A DNA stretch of 64,000 nucleotides, taken from the NCBI GenBank assembly GCA_963745035.1, contig CAVUVW010000013.1, positions 704,001 to 768,000 of the forward strand. Reading direction: 5' to 3'. This DNA is from an uncultured delta proteobacterium. GTDB lineage: Bacteria; Desulfobacterota; Binatia; UBA9968. Under the pieces are notes generated by a model that was not told the origin of the DNA, did no database searches, and worked only from the letters and a program-made list of their open reading frames with translations. The translations under genes and the position numbers were made by a program. Below are positions 27,320 to 37,320 of this stretch, piece after piece (position 1 is the first letter of the stretch; the number at the start of each line of letters is the position of its first letter).

Positions 27320-27778
27320 CTAGCTTCCCTTCAAGGCCTTATCGATTTCGATGCCGACGGCGTCTGCTTTCGGCCCATCCAGCTGCTGCTCGAACAGCGG
27401 GAACAGCTCGCGCTCTTCCTTGCGGATATGCCGTTCAAGCAAATCCCCTAGATCGAAGATTACCTTTGCTAAGCCCGCACCGGATCTGATTTGCTCGATT
27501 GCACCGCGCATCTGCTCATGCTCGCCTACAAGCGACTCCACCAACGGCCCGCTCTGCTCCGTCAAAGTGCGAAGCTCCGGGAACAAGACTTCCTCTTCGG
27601 CGCGAAAGTGCGCGCATAAATTCTTGTCGTAAAATTCCAGCACCTCTGCGGCGCGTTCACGCAATCCAGCAGCGCCCATGGGCTTGATCTGTCCCAGCGC
27701 CTGTTTTCGACATCGCAGCGCGAGGGCCAAGCCGTGGTGATGATCGTGCGAGAGAGGAACCAAACTCGGATGACGCAT
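27320..27778 (-). CDS. Hemerythrin/HHE cation-binding domain protein
   Basis: LSHDHHHGL, HFRAEE, EHEQM and HIRKEERELFP motifs. Confidence 0.8.
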   Translation of the reverse strand: MRHPSLVPLSHDHHHGLALALRCRKQALGQIKPMGAAGLRERAAEVLEFYDKNLCAHFRAEEEVLFPELRTLTEQSGPLVESLVGEHEQMRGAIEQIRSGAGLAKVIFDLGDLLERHIRKEERELFPLFEQQLDGPKADAVGIEIDKALKGS

Positions 27779-27790
27779 GGGGAAATACTC

Positions 27791-27850
27791 TGGAGTGTTG
27801 GAGTTATGGAGTACTGCTCCCACCCATCACTCCACCCTTCCAATACTCCA
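27791..27850. repeat. Palindromic element built from tandem TGGAGTNN octamers (copy 1)
   Basis: TGGAGTGT-TGGAGTTA-TGGAGTAC followed by degenerate inverted NNACTCCA units. Confidence 0.8.
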
Positions 27851-27856
27851 ATTCTT

Positions 27857-29033
27857 TCAGACCGCTCCCTTACCGCGCAACTCGGCAATCGCCGCATGGT
27901 CATAGCCGAGCGTGCCGAGAACCTCGTCCGTGTGCTCGCCCAGCATCGGCGGCGGACGATCGATGCTGGGCGGCGTGCGGCTCATATCGACGGCGTTGCC
28001 GATCAATTTCATCTTGCCCATCTTCGGATGTTCGACCTCGACCGGGAACCCGTACGTCTTCACTTGCGGGTCGGCGAACACTTCGTCGAGGGTGTTGATC
28101 GGCGCGGCGGGCACATCTTTTTCCATCAGTCGGCGCAGCCAATCCTCTCTTTCGCCGTCTCGGAAGATCGGTTGCAACTGTTCCACCAGCGCGTCGTAGT
28201 TCTCGGTGCGCGCCTTGCGATTGTTGAAGCGCGGATCCTTCGACCATTCCGGCTTGCCGACCACGTCGAACAAACCGAACCAAAACTTGTCCGGCGACGA
28301 CATGTGCAGCACGAACGGCAGTCCCTTTCGGTCCTCGAACGCGAATACTCCGGCGGTCGTCGTGCGGTGCTTGCGCCGCGGCACGTGTCCGGTTTCAAAG
28401 TAGCGTGCGCGCATTTTCGCTGACGAACGACACCGAAGCGCGCAACAGCGACGTTTCCACGTGCTGTCCCTCCCCGGTGAGCATGCGATTCATCAACGCG
28501 CCGAGAACCCCGTAGCAGGCATACATCCCGGTCAAGTGATCGGAAAAAGATATGCCCATCCCCTGGGGCTTGCCCGGATCGGTGAGCAGGCTCAGCAGGC
28601 CGCTGCGCGCCTGGCCGATGGTATCGTAGCCTGGCATGTCGCGGTAGGGCCCGCTTGGACCAAAGCCGGAGATCGAACAGTAGACAATCTTCGGGTTGGC
28701 TTTCCGAATATCCTCGTAGCCCAAGCCGCGTTTATCCATCACGCCCGGACGGAAATTCTGAATCAATACGTCGGCGCCGCATGCGAGCTTGAACGCAATA
28801 TCGCGCCCTTCGTCGGTGCGCAGGTCGAGTGTGATGCTCTTCTTGTTTCGATTCAAACTGCAAAACGTCGCCGCATAATTGCGCTCGCCCCAGCCGCGAA
28901 ACGGGTCGCCATGCTTCGGTTCCTCGACTTTGACGACCTCCGCCCCCATGTCCGCCAACAACTGTGAGGCGAACGGTCCCGTGACATAACTCGCCGCTTC
29001 GACGATTCTTATTCCCGCCAGCGCGCCGCTCAT
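27857..29033 (-). CDS. CaiB/BaiF family III CoA-transferase, frameshifted near 28410
   Basis: LADMGAEVVKVE, NRNKKSITLDL and QNFRPG; C-terminal PPPMLGEHT. Confidence 0.88.
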
Positions 29034-29221
29034 GAATTTTTCCTACCTCCGCGAAATTTTTGCCGGTCTATTCTCCTAGCGTTCACGCGCGCGCGAAGTC
29101 AAGAGCACACGGGTGCGCGGCCGCCGCAGCGGCGGGCGTTCGGCCGCCAACCGCCAAAGCGATATTCAACTCGCCGGCAATGAGTCGGGAAATGGGACGA
29201 AGGTAGTAAGGCGAACTACAA

Positions 29222-29425
29222 CTAACGTTCTTCTGTGTGCAGCTTGCGCGGCGGAGGAGGATTACCTTGGGGCGATACCATCGCAAGAATCTCCGACCTG
29301 CTGAAACGCCAGCCGCCGCCGAATTTGCGCCCCGGCAAGGACCCTTCTTTGACCAGCTTGTAAACCGTACGGGGATGAATCTGTAAAAGCTCGGCCACTT
29401 CGCTCGCCGTTAGAATTTCATCCAT
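29222..29425 (-). CDS. Small excisionase-like HTH_17 DNA-binding protein
   Basis: ILTASEVAELLQIHPRTVYKL...GGWRF; RBS GGAGG. Confidence 0.8.
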   Translation of the reverse strand: MDEILTASEVAELLQIHPRTVYKLVKEGSLPGRKFGGGWRFSRSEILAMVSPQGNPPPPRKLHTEER

Positions 29426-29468
29426 GTGAAACGATCCTCCAAAATTTGAGTCGCATGGCGAAAATTGA

Positions 29469-29485
29469 GGCAGATTCCGTGCCAG
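29469..29485 (-). promoter_or_regulatory. Putative sigma54 (-24/-12) promoter
   Basis: Minus strand CTGGCACGGAATCTGC gives GG-N10-GC, about 45 nt upstream of the HTH start. Confidence 0.6.
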
Positions 29486-29711
29486 CGACTAAAATCTAGA
29501 CGTAGACAGCCAAATTACGACAGAATGTTGAATTTGAGTCAAGCTTCCGAAGGAAACCCCTACAGATAAGTGCAGGAAAAGCGAAGATTCGCACAATTTG
29601 AAACAACATCACGAATCGCGCGCGTTCGAAATCAAGCCGCGGTCATTGAAGTGCCGCCACTGCTAAGACCGGCGGCAGGCGCCGAACTCGGGCGATGTTG
29701 TTCTTCCTGGG

Positions 29712-30419
29712 CTAGCGTCCCAAGTAGGCCTCAATGACCTTCGGATCGTCGAGTACATCACCGCTCGATCCCTGAAGCGCAATGTTGCCGTTTTCCATCA
29801 CATACGCGAAGTCGGCGACTTGCAACGCCAGCCGAGCGTTTTGCTCTACAAGAAGAATCGTCAGTCCGCGCGCCTTGAGCGCGCTAAGAGTCGTGAAAAT
29901 CTCCCTAACCAGGATCGGGCCAAGCCCCATCGACGGCTCGTCCAAGAGCAGCAGTCTAGGCCTCGACATAAGAGCCCGCGCGATCGCCAGCATCTGCTGC
30001 TCGCCGCCTGAGAGATTTCCCGCCGAGCCGTCCAGCCGATCGCGTAAGCGCGGGAACAGCGCGAGCACCTCTTCCAAGTCGCCGTCGATCCGGTCTCGGC
30101 GCAGGTAAGCGCCCAAGAGCAGATTGTCCCGCACCGAAAGCGTAGTGAGAATCTCCCGACCTTCGGGAACCTGGATAAGCCCCACCTCGACGATACGGTG
30201 GGGAGCGAGATTCCGCAATTCGACGCCGTCGAAGAGAATCGAACCCGCGCTCGCCCGCAGCAGTCCCGAAAGGGCCAACAAGGTAGTCGATTTGCCGGCG
30301 CCGTTGGCGCCCAACAATGTGGTAATTCGGCCGTCCGGGAGCGCGAGGTCGATGCCCTTGACGGCTTCGATGGCGCCGTAATGCACCTGAAGTCCCGACA
30401 CCGTGAGAAGCGCGCTCAC
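29712..30419 (-). CDS. livF: Branched-chain amino acid ABC transporter ATP-binding protein
   Basis: GANGAGKST, LSGGEQQMLA and LLDEPSMGL. Confidence 0.9.
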   Translation of the reverse strand: MSALLTVSGLQVHYGAIEAVKGIDLALPDGRITTLLGANGAGKSTTLLALSGLLRASAGSILFDGVELRNLAPHRIVEVGLIQVPEGREILTTLSVRDNLLLGAYLRRDRIDGDLEEVLALFPRLRDRLDGSAGNLSGGEQQMLAIARALMSRPRLLLLDEPSMGLGPILVREIFTTLSALKARGLTILLVEQNARLALQVADFAYVMENGNIALQGSSGDVLDDPKVIEAYLGR

Positions 30420-31198
30420 AGCGATGTTTCACCCCCCGCGGCCTGTTCGTCCCGTCCCAAGTAGGCCTCGATTACCGCCGGATCCTGGCGAATTTCGTCC
30501 GGTTTTCCCCGCGCGATGACTTTGCCGAAGTTCAACACGGCGATCTCATGGCACACGCCCATGATTACGCCCATGTCGTGATCGATGATTAAAATACTCA
30601 ACCCGTCCGCATTGAGCTTGACGATTTCATCGATCAGTTGCCGCTTCTCGGCGTCGTTCATCCCGGCCGCCGGCTCATCGAGCAGAAGCAGCTTCGGCTT
30701 GGTCGCCAGCGCGCGGGCAATTTCCAATCTTCTCTGTTCACCGTAGGACAGAGTTCCGGCCAGACGATCGGTCTTACCCGCCAAGCGCATTTTTCCCAGA
30801 AGATTCAGCGCCGTTTCCCGGTCCAGCCGCGCCGCGTTGCGATAGCTCGACGACGATAACAACGCGCTCATCGGCCCAGATCCGTGCCGCCCGCCGAGCG
30901 CCACTAGCACGTTTTCCATCAAGGTCATTTCCTTGAAGAGGCGAATATTTTGAAACGTCCGCGCGATGCCCAGACGAGTAATGCGATGGGGCGGCAGGCC
31001 GTTTAGCCGCTGGCCAAAAAACTCGACCGCGCCGCGGCTCGGCGTGAGTAAACCGGTGACGAGATTGAAGACGGTCGTTTTGCCAGCGCCGTTGGGTCCG
31101 ATCAAGCCGAAAATACCGCGCTCGGGCGCGGTCAAGCTCACTTCTTCCAGCACCTTAAGACCGCCAAAATGGATGGAAACCGAAGAGAGCGCCAGCAT
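30416..31198 (-). CDS. livG: Branched-chain amino acid ABC transporter ATP-binding protein
   Basis: GPNGAGKTT, ARTFQNIRLF, LSYGEQRRLEIARAL and EAYLG. Confidence 0.9.
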   Translation of the reverse strand: MLALSSVSIHFGGLKVLEEVSLTAPERGIFGLIGPNGAGKTTVFNLVTGLLTPSRGAVEFFGQRLNGLPPHRITRLGIARTFQNIRLFKEMTLMENVLVALGGRHGSGPMSALLSSSSYRNAARLDRETALNLLGKMRLAGKTDRLAGTLSYGEQRRLEIARALATKPKLLLLDEPAAGMNDAEKRQLIDEIVKLNADGLSILIIDHDMGVIMGVCHEIAVLNFGKVIARGKPDEIRQDPAVIEAYLGRDEQAAGGETSL

Positions 31199-31200
31199 AT

Positions 31201-32064
31201 TCAGCCCATTTCTGGCGGACGCAGGCGAGCGCGCGCGGGCTGGAAGAGATGCCAAATCCCCTTTGGCGAATAGAGGATGATGAGGATCAGGATCACGCCG
31301 TTGATGAGCGGCCGATAGTGGCCGAGCCCGCGCAGAAGCTCGGGCAGAATCGTGATCAGGGCGCCGCCGATGACCGCGCCCCACGGGCTGCCGGTGCCGC
31401 CCAAAACACCCATGGCGAGAATTTCCACGGCGCGCTCAAAACCATATTCATTGGGGCTGATGAAAAACGTAAAGTGCGCGTTGAGCCCGCCCGCCAAACC
31501 GGCGAGCGCACCGCCCAGAACAAAGGCAAATAATTTATACGCGCTCACGTTGAGGCCCATGAGCTCTGTCGCCGTCTCGTCCTGGCAGATTGCCGTCATG
31601 GCACGGCCGATGCGCGAGCACGCCAGCCGCAACAGCGCATAAAGGGTCAGCCCGACCGCCAGCGCCACGTCGAACCAATCCGTTAGCTGTGGAATGCCGT
31701 TGAGCCCCAAGGCGCCGCCGGTCACACCTTCGGAGTTGAGGATCAAGATGCGCACGACCTCGCCGAAGGCGAGCGTCGCCATCGCCAGGTACACTCCCGA
31801 AAGGCGGAGAGTCGGCCGGCCGATGACGAGAGCCACCGCCGCAGGTAAGGCGGCGCCGAGCAACAGCGCGACCCAAAACGGCGTCGCCGTCTGCGTCGTG
31901 AGCCACGCCGCCGTGTAGGCGCCGATGCCCATGAAGGCGGCGTTGCCGACCGTCAGCAGGCCGGTGGCGAGGGTCAAATAGATCGAGAGCGCGAGCAGCG
32001 CGTTGGTGCCTACCGACAACACCAACGTGCTGTACGTCGCCCAGAAACTGTCGAGCCATTCCAT
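31201..32064 (-). CDS. livM: Branched-chain amino acid ABC transporter permease
   Basis: LRLSGVYLAMATLAFGE and GVTGGALGL. Confidence 0.88.
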   Translation of the reverse strand: MEWLDSFWATYSTLVLSVGTNALLALSIYLTLATGLLTVGNAAFMGIGAYTAAWLTTQTATPFWVALLLGAALPAAVALVIGRPTLRLSGVYLAMATLAFGEVVRILILNSEGVTGGALGLNGIPQLTDWFDVALAVGLTLYALLRLACSRIGRAMTAICQDETATELMGLNVSAYKLFAFVLGGALAGLAGGLNAHFTFFISPNEYGFERAVEILAMGVLGGTGSPWGAVIGGALITILPELLRGLGHYRPLINGVILILIILYSPKGIWHLFQPARARLRPPEMG

Positions 32065-32093
32065 GAATCGGTTCGGTGATCTCGCGCGGGCGA

Positions 32094-32975
32094 TCACGCC
32101 CGCCGCCGCGCCACGCGGCCGAAGAGCCCCTGGGGTCGGAGCAGCAGCACGATGAAGAGCAGGCCGAATGCGACCGCATCGCGCATGGTCGAGCCGATGT
32201 AAGCAACCGACAACACTTCGGCGAAGCCGAGGAAAAAGCCCCCGAGCAGCGCGCCCCGAACATCGCCCATGCCGCCGAGGATCACCACCGCGATCCCCTT
32301 GTGCAGCATCGGCTGTCCCATATGGGGAAACACCGCGTTGGCATAAAGCGCGACCAGCACTCCGGCCGCGCCGCCGAGCAGCGCGGCAATGACCGAAGTT
32401 CCACGGCAAAACATTTCCACGTCGATGCCCATCAGCGCCGCCGCTTTAGGCGATTCCGCCACTGCGCGCAGGGCACGGCCGGCGCGAGTTTTTTTGAGCC
32501 CCCAAAATAACAGCGCCATCAGTGCCAACGCCAGAAAAATGATCTGCAATTCCAGACGGGTGACTTGCACGCTTCCGGCGCTGACGCTTTCCGCCGGCAA
32601 AATTTCTGGAGGGAAGCGGAGATTCGCCGCGCCGAAGAATCCCTCGACCAGGCTCGTCAAACTGATCGCCACGCCGATCGTGGCAATCATCGGCGCCAGA
32701 TGCGGCGCCTGGCGCGCGCGCAGAGGCGCTAGGATGAATCGATCCAGCAACCAGCCGGCCGCGGCGGTGACCAACAGCGCCGCCAACATAGCCGCCGGCA
32801 GCGGCAGGTTGAGCGCGACCACTGCCTGCAGCGCGGCGTAGGCCCCGAGCATGAACACCGCGCCATGCGCCAGGTTGATGACGTTGAGGACGCCGAAAAT
32901 CAGAGTAAAACCGAGCGCGAACAGGGCATAGACGCCGCCGAGAGACAGGGCGTTGACGATCTGTTGGGAGAGCAT
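32094..32975 (-). CDS. livH: Branched-chain amino acid ABC transporter permease
   Basis: YALFALGFTLIFGVLNVINLAHG and GRALRAVAE. Confidence 0.9.
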   Translation of the reverse strand: MLSQQIVNALSLGGVYALFALGFTLIFGVLNVINLAHGAVFMLGAYAALQAVVALNLPLPAAMLAALLVTAAAGWLLDRFILAPLRARQAPHLAPMIATIGVAISLTSLVEGFFGAANLRFPPEILPAESVSAGSVQVTRLELQIIFLALALMALLFWGLKKTRAGRALRAVAESPKAAALMGIDVEMFCRGTSVIAALLGGAAGVLVALYANAVFPHMGQPMLHKGIAVVILGGMGDVRGALLGGFFLGFAEVLSVAYIGSTMRDAVAFGLLFIVLLLRPQGLFGRVARRRA

Positions 32976-32978
32976 CCG

Positions 32979-34133
32979 CTATTTTTGAATCACGTAGCGG
33001 TTACCTTGGGTGACCATGACGATGGCGGTCTGGACCGCGTCATAGCCGGCCGGTTTGCCGTCGCGGGCTGGTACCTGGCGAAACTTGAAAGGCCCCGTCG
33101 CTCCAGTCCACTGGATCGCCGGCAGGGCGTCGCGCAGCGCCCGGCGGTCCGCCTCGAGCTTGCCGGTGATTTTTATTTTCTTGAGCGCTTGGGCGACGAT
33201 GTACATGGCGTCGTAGGCCTGCGCGGCGAACTGATCCGGCAGCGAGCCATGAACTTTTCGGTAGGCGGCGATGAAGCGCTGGTTCTCCGCCGCGGGATTC
33301 TCGATCGACCACGGGCTACCGACCCAAAGATTATCCGAGCTGTCTTTGGCCAGCTCGAACACCCGCGGCGAGTTCATGCCGTTACCGCCGATGAACGGCA
33401 GGGTGATACCCAACTGGCGCGCCTGCACCATCAGCGGCGCGCCTTCGGCGACCAACGCCGAGAGTACGATGGCGTCGGGATTGCTGGCTTTGATCTTGGT
33501 GAGTTGCGGCTTGAAGTCGACATCGCCCTTGGCAAATGTCTCGGTCGTCGTGACCGGCATGTTTAAATTTTGCAGCGCTTTTTTGAAGTTGTCGTAACCG
33601 CTCTTGGTGAAAATATCGTCGTTGCCGTAAAGCACAGCGACCTTTTTGAAACCGGTTTTTTGCGATGCCGCGCGCAGGGTGACCGGCAGGATGTCCGCCT
33701 CGGTCACCGAATTGCGAAATACATAGTTGCCGATGGACGTGATGCCGTCGGCGGTATTCGACGTGCCGAACACGACCACCTTCGCGGATTGGGCCACCGG
33801 ATCGGAAGCCTGCGCCGAGTTGGACAAGGTCGGCCCGAACAGCATCAAGACCTTGTCCTGGAAGATCAGCTTTTTAAAAACGTTGATGGCTTCTTCTTTT
33901 TTTCCTTGCTCGTCCTCGATGATCACGTCGATTTTCTGACCGTTGATGCCGCCGCCGGCATTGATCTCGCTCAGGGCCAACTCGAAGCCTTTCCGAATCG
34001 GCCCTCCGTATTGCGCCGCGTTGCCGGTCAGCGCTTCAGCCGCGCCAATCTTGATCTGAGCAAACGCAACGCCGGCAAAAAGGCCAAGCGTCAAAATGGC
34101 TCCCAGCAAAATCTTGCTCAATCTCCCGATCAC
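32979..34133 (-). CDS. Branched-chain amino acid ABC transporter substrate-binding protein (LivK/LivJ family)
   Basis: GTG start with GAGGA, signal peptide, INAGGGING and DFKPQLTKIK. Confidence 0.88.
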   Translation of the reverse strand: MIGRLSKILLGAILTLGLFAGVAFAQIKIGAAEALTGNAAQYGGPIRKGFELALSEINAGGGINGQKIDVIIEDEQGKKEEAINVFKKLIFQDKVLMLFGPTLSNSAQASDPVAQSAKVVVFGTSNTADGITSIGNYVFRNSVTEADILPVTLRAASQKTGFKKVAVLYGNDDIFTKSGYDNFKKALQNLNMPVTTTETFAKGDVDFKPQLTKIKASNPDAIVLSALVAEGAPLMVQARQLGITLPFIGGNGMNSPRVFELAKDSSDNLWVGSPWSIENPAAENQRFIAAYRKVHGSLPDQFAAQAYDAMYIVAQALKKIKITGKLEADRRALRDALPAIQWTGATGPFKFRQVPARDGKPAGYDAVQTAIVMVTQGNRYVIQK

Positions 34134-34179
34134 TGCGTCCTCACTCCGTTCCGAGAACAAGCTATTGCGCACAAGCCAG

Positions 34180-34749
34180 CTACTTCTTTCCCGCTTCGAC
34201 GTGCCAAAGATAAAGAGTGTGGTCCCAGTTCGAGCCATCCTTGATATTCTCGGTCTTGAGCGGCTTCCAGTCGCCCATGTCGAAATCGTGCGACACGATT
34301 CGCGACCCCGGTTTCATTTGTTTCCAAATATTCGGCCGGATCATGAGATTTACTTCCGGCAAGAGATACATCGTCAATACCGTCGCTCCCGATAGATCGA
34401 CGGTGCGAATGTCCTGCTGGCGAATCTCGACCAGGCTTTCCACTCCTGCCTTTTTGATGTTCTCGTGCGACTCTTTGATACGCTGGGGGTCGATCTCGAA
34501 GCCGATGGCTTTGACGCCGTATTTCTTCGCCGCGGTCACCACGATGCGGCCGTCTCCGGAGCCCAAGTCGTAAACCACGTCGCCCTTTTTGACTTGCGCC
34601 AGATCGAGCATGCGATCGACGACTTCCTGCGGCGTCGGCACGTAGGGCACGATCTTGCCTTCTTGCGCGCGGGCTAGATTCAGATGGATGAGCGCTGGTG
34701 AAACGCCTATAGCGACGGCGAACAGAAGAACCCGGATACGACCTTTCAT
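34180..34749 (-). CDS. Class I SAM-dependent methyltransferase, aKMT/FAM173-like, with N-terminal signal-like segment
   Basis: VPYVPTPQEVVDRML, YDLGSGDGRI, ATVLTMYLL and PGSRIVSHDF. Confidence 0.85.
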   Translation of the reverse strand: MKGRIRVLLFAVAIGVSPALIHLNLARAQEGKIVPYVPTPQEVVDRMLDLAQVKKGDVVYDLGSGDGRIVVTAAKKYGVKAIGFEIDPQRIKESHENIKKAGVESLVEIRQQDIRTVDLSGATVLTMYLLPEVNLMIRPNIWKQMKPGSRIVSHDFDMGDWKPLKTENIKDGSNWDHTLYLWHVEAGKK

Positions 34750-34775
34750 GCAACCTCCCCCGCAACAATCGATGA

Positions 34776-34805
34776 AGTCTAGCGACTCTGTTTTTCCGCT
34801 GTCAA
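34776..34805 (-). promoter_or_regulatory. Possible sigma70 promoter of the methyltransferase
   Basis: TTGACA-N18-TAGACT on the minus strand. Confidence 0.5.
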
Positions 34806-34821
34806 ACCGGCGACGCCCGGA

Positions 34822-35127
34822 CTAGCCGTTCTTCTGCCAGAATTTGCCGAGCCAACTGCCCTCTTCCTTCTCGGCCACCTGTTCCAGCTCGCCGGCGTCG
34901 AGCCAGATGCCGTTGCAGCCGGTGCACTGATCGATGGCGATCTTTTGGAAGCTGCGCTCCTTGAGCGGCTCGCCGCATTTGGGGCACCTCATGGAAGATG
35001 CTTTGGCAGCAGCCTCCTTGCCCTCCGCCTCCTGCTTGGCTCTCATCTTCGCCAGCAGCTCGCGCTCCTTCTTCACGAAGTATTCGTCTTCCTGCGCTTT
35101 TTTGCGCTCGTCCCATTTATTCGCCAC
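34822..35127 (-). CDS. zf-TFIIB-type zinc-ribbon protein with IF1-like N-terminal helix
   Basis: RBS AGGAGG with GTG start; CPKC...IDQCTGCNGIWLDAGEL; N-terminus WDERKKAQEDEYF...ELLAKM. Confidence 0.8.
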   Translation of the reverse strand: MANKWDERKKAQEDEYFVKKERELLAKMRAKQEAEGKEAAAKASSMRCPKCGEPLKERSFQKIAIDQCTGCNGIWLDAGELEQVAEKEEGSWLGKFWQKNG

Positions 35128-35221
35128 GGTAGCCTCCTGAAATTTGGAAAATATTTACTAGGCCAAGGATTTCTTGAGCCATGTCGCAGCGTCTGGTGTG
35201 CCCTGATGGACAGGAACCGGT

Positions 35222-35837
35222 CTAACCGGCAAAACCGCCAATATACGGCAGCTTCGCGGCGGTCTTCTTGACCTGCTCGAGATTGGCGCGCAGCAGCGCC
35301 GTGGAATCCCAAGAACCCGTGGTCAGCGCGATGCGATAGGTCTCGGGCAGGTCGATGGCGATTTTGTGATTGCCGTAGACAAGTGTCTTACTTTCCAGAT
35401 CGACCGCGTATTCGGTGCGCGGATTCTCCTCGACGCTCTTCATCAGTTGTTCGATCTCTTTGGCGCCGACGGTAACCGCCGGCAGCCCCATCATCGTGCA
35501 GTTGCCCGCGAAGATGGCGGCAAAGGATTCGCCGACGATGGCTCTGATACCAAACCGATAGATCGCCTGGGGCGCGTGCTCGCGCGACGAGCCGCAGCCG
35601 AAATTCTTGTTGACGAACAGAACCGACGCGCCTTTGTATTCGGGATCGTTGAACGGATGGTCCTTCTTCTTGCCCGAGCCGTCATAGCGCTCGTCGAAAA
35701 ACGGGTACTCGCCCATGCGCGCGAACGTCACTTCCTTCAAATAGCGCGCGGGAATGATGCGATCGGTATCGATGTCGTTGCCGCGAATCGGCACCGCGGT
35801 GCCGCTGACCTTGCGTGATCTTGACTATCTCGCTCAT
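35222..35837 (-). CDS. leuD: 3-isopropylmalate dehydratase small subunit, frameshift near the 5' end
   Basis: DIDTDRIIPARYL and NFGCGSSREHAP. Confidence 0.92.
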
Positions 35838-35847
35838 GCTGCCTCGC

Positions 35848-37248
35848 TCACTCGTAGTCGCGCACGTCGACGACTTTGCCGTTGAGCGCCGCGGCGGCCA
35901 CCATGGCCGGGCTCATCAAGAGAGTCCGTCCCTGCGGGCTTCCCTGGCGCCCGATGAAATTGCGGTTCGACGACGACGCGGAAATTTCCCGGCCGTTGAG
36001 CTTGTCCGGATTCATCGCCAGACACATCGAACAGCCGGCCTCGCGCCATTGGAACCCGGCTTCCTGAAAAATCTCGTGCAAGCCTTCCTGCTCGGCGAGC
36101 TTCTTCACCTCAGCCGAGCCCGGCACCACCAAGCGCGCGCACCGCGGAATTGACTTTTCGTCCCTTGGCGATCTTCGCCGCCGCGCGCAGATCGGCGAGC
36201 CGGCCATTGGTGCACGAGCCGATGAACGCCACGTTGATCGGCGTGCCGAGCATGGGCGCGCCGGGCTGCCAGCCCATGTGCTCGTAGGCTTTTTTGGCGC
36301 CGTCCGGATCGGAAAATTCTTCCGGCTTGGGCATTTTCTCGGAGATGCCCACCGATTGTCCGGGATTGATGCCCCAGGTCACGGTCGGTTCGATGTCTTT
36401 TCCCGAGATAAGTCACAACGTCGTCGAACTTGGCATCCGCGTCGGAAGCGACGGATTTCCAATAAGCGATCGCTCGCTCGAACGCTGCTCCCGTCGGCAC
36501 GTGAGGACGGCCCTTGAGATAGTCGAAGGTGGTCTGATCCGGATTGACATAGCCGACCAGCGCGCCGCCCTCGATGCTCATGTTGCACACGGTCATGCGC
36601 TCTTCCATGTTCATGCGGTCGATAACCGCGCCGCCGTATTCGTAAGCGAATCCTTTGCCGCCCGCCACGCCGAGCCGGCGAATGATGTGAAGAATCACGT
36701 CCTTGGCATAAACGCCGATGCCGAGCGCGCCGTCGATATTGATTCGGCGCACTTTGAGTTTGTCCATCGCCAGTGTTTGCGTCGCCAGCACATCGCGCAC
36801 CTGGCTCGTGCCGATGCCGAAGGCGAGGGTGCCGAAGGCGCCGTGGGTGCTCGTGTGGCTGTCGCCGCATGCCAGGGTCATGCCCGGTTGGGTCAACCCG
36901 AGCTGTGGCCCGATGACATGCACGATCCCTTGGTTCATGCTGTCCAGGCCGAAAAACTCGACGCCGAACTGCTCGACGTTTCTCTCCAGCGCCTGGGTGA
37001 GATCTTCCGCTTCTTTGTCGAGAAATGGCCTTTGGCGCAAGATCCGTCGGCACGATGTGATCGACGGTCGCGAACGTGCGATCGCGAAACGCGACGTCCA
37101 TGCCCTGTTCACGCAGCATGTCGAAAGCCGGAGCGGTAGTAATTTCGTGAATGAGATGGAGTCCGATGAATAACTGGGTCTGTCCCGTGGGCAGAATACC
37201 GACGGCATGAGTCTCCCAAATCTTATCGTAAAGCGTTCTGCCGGCCAT
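35848..37248 (-). CDS. leuC: 3-isopropylmalate dehydratase large subunit, several frameshifts
   Basis: [36 protein letters not shown] and [10 protein letters not shown] spread over four ORFs. Confidence 0.9.
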
Positions 37249-37320
37249 CAAAAAACTCCTTCGCGGGGATAATATCGGTCGCTACCGGTGACTGCAAGAG
37301 CGAGCGGCGAAGCGCGGGTC

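Noticed and set aside
29222-29425. Excisionase-like gene as a sign of a prophage or ICE
   Set aside because: No integrase, att-like repeats, tRNA or phage genes nearby.
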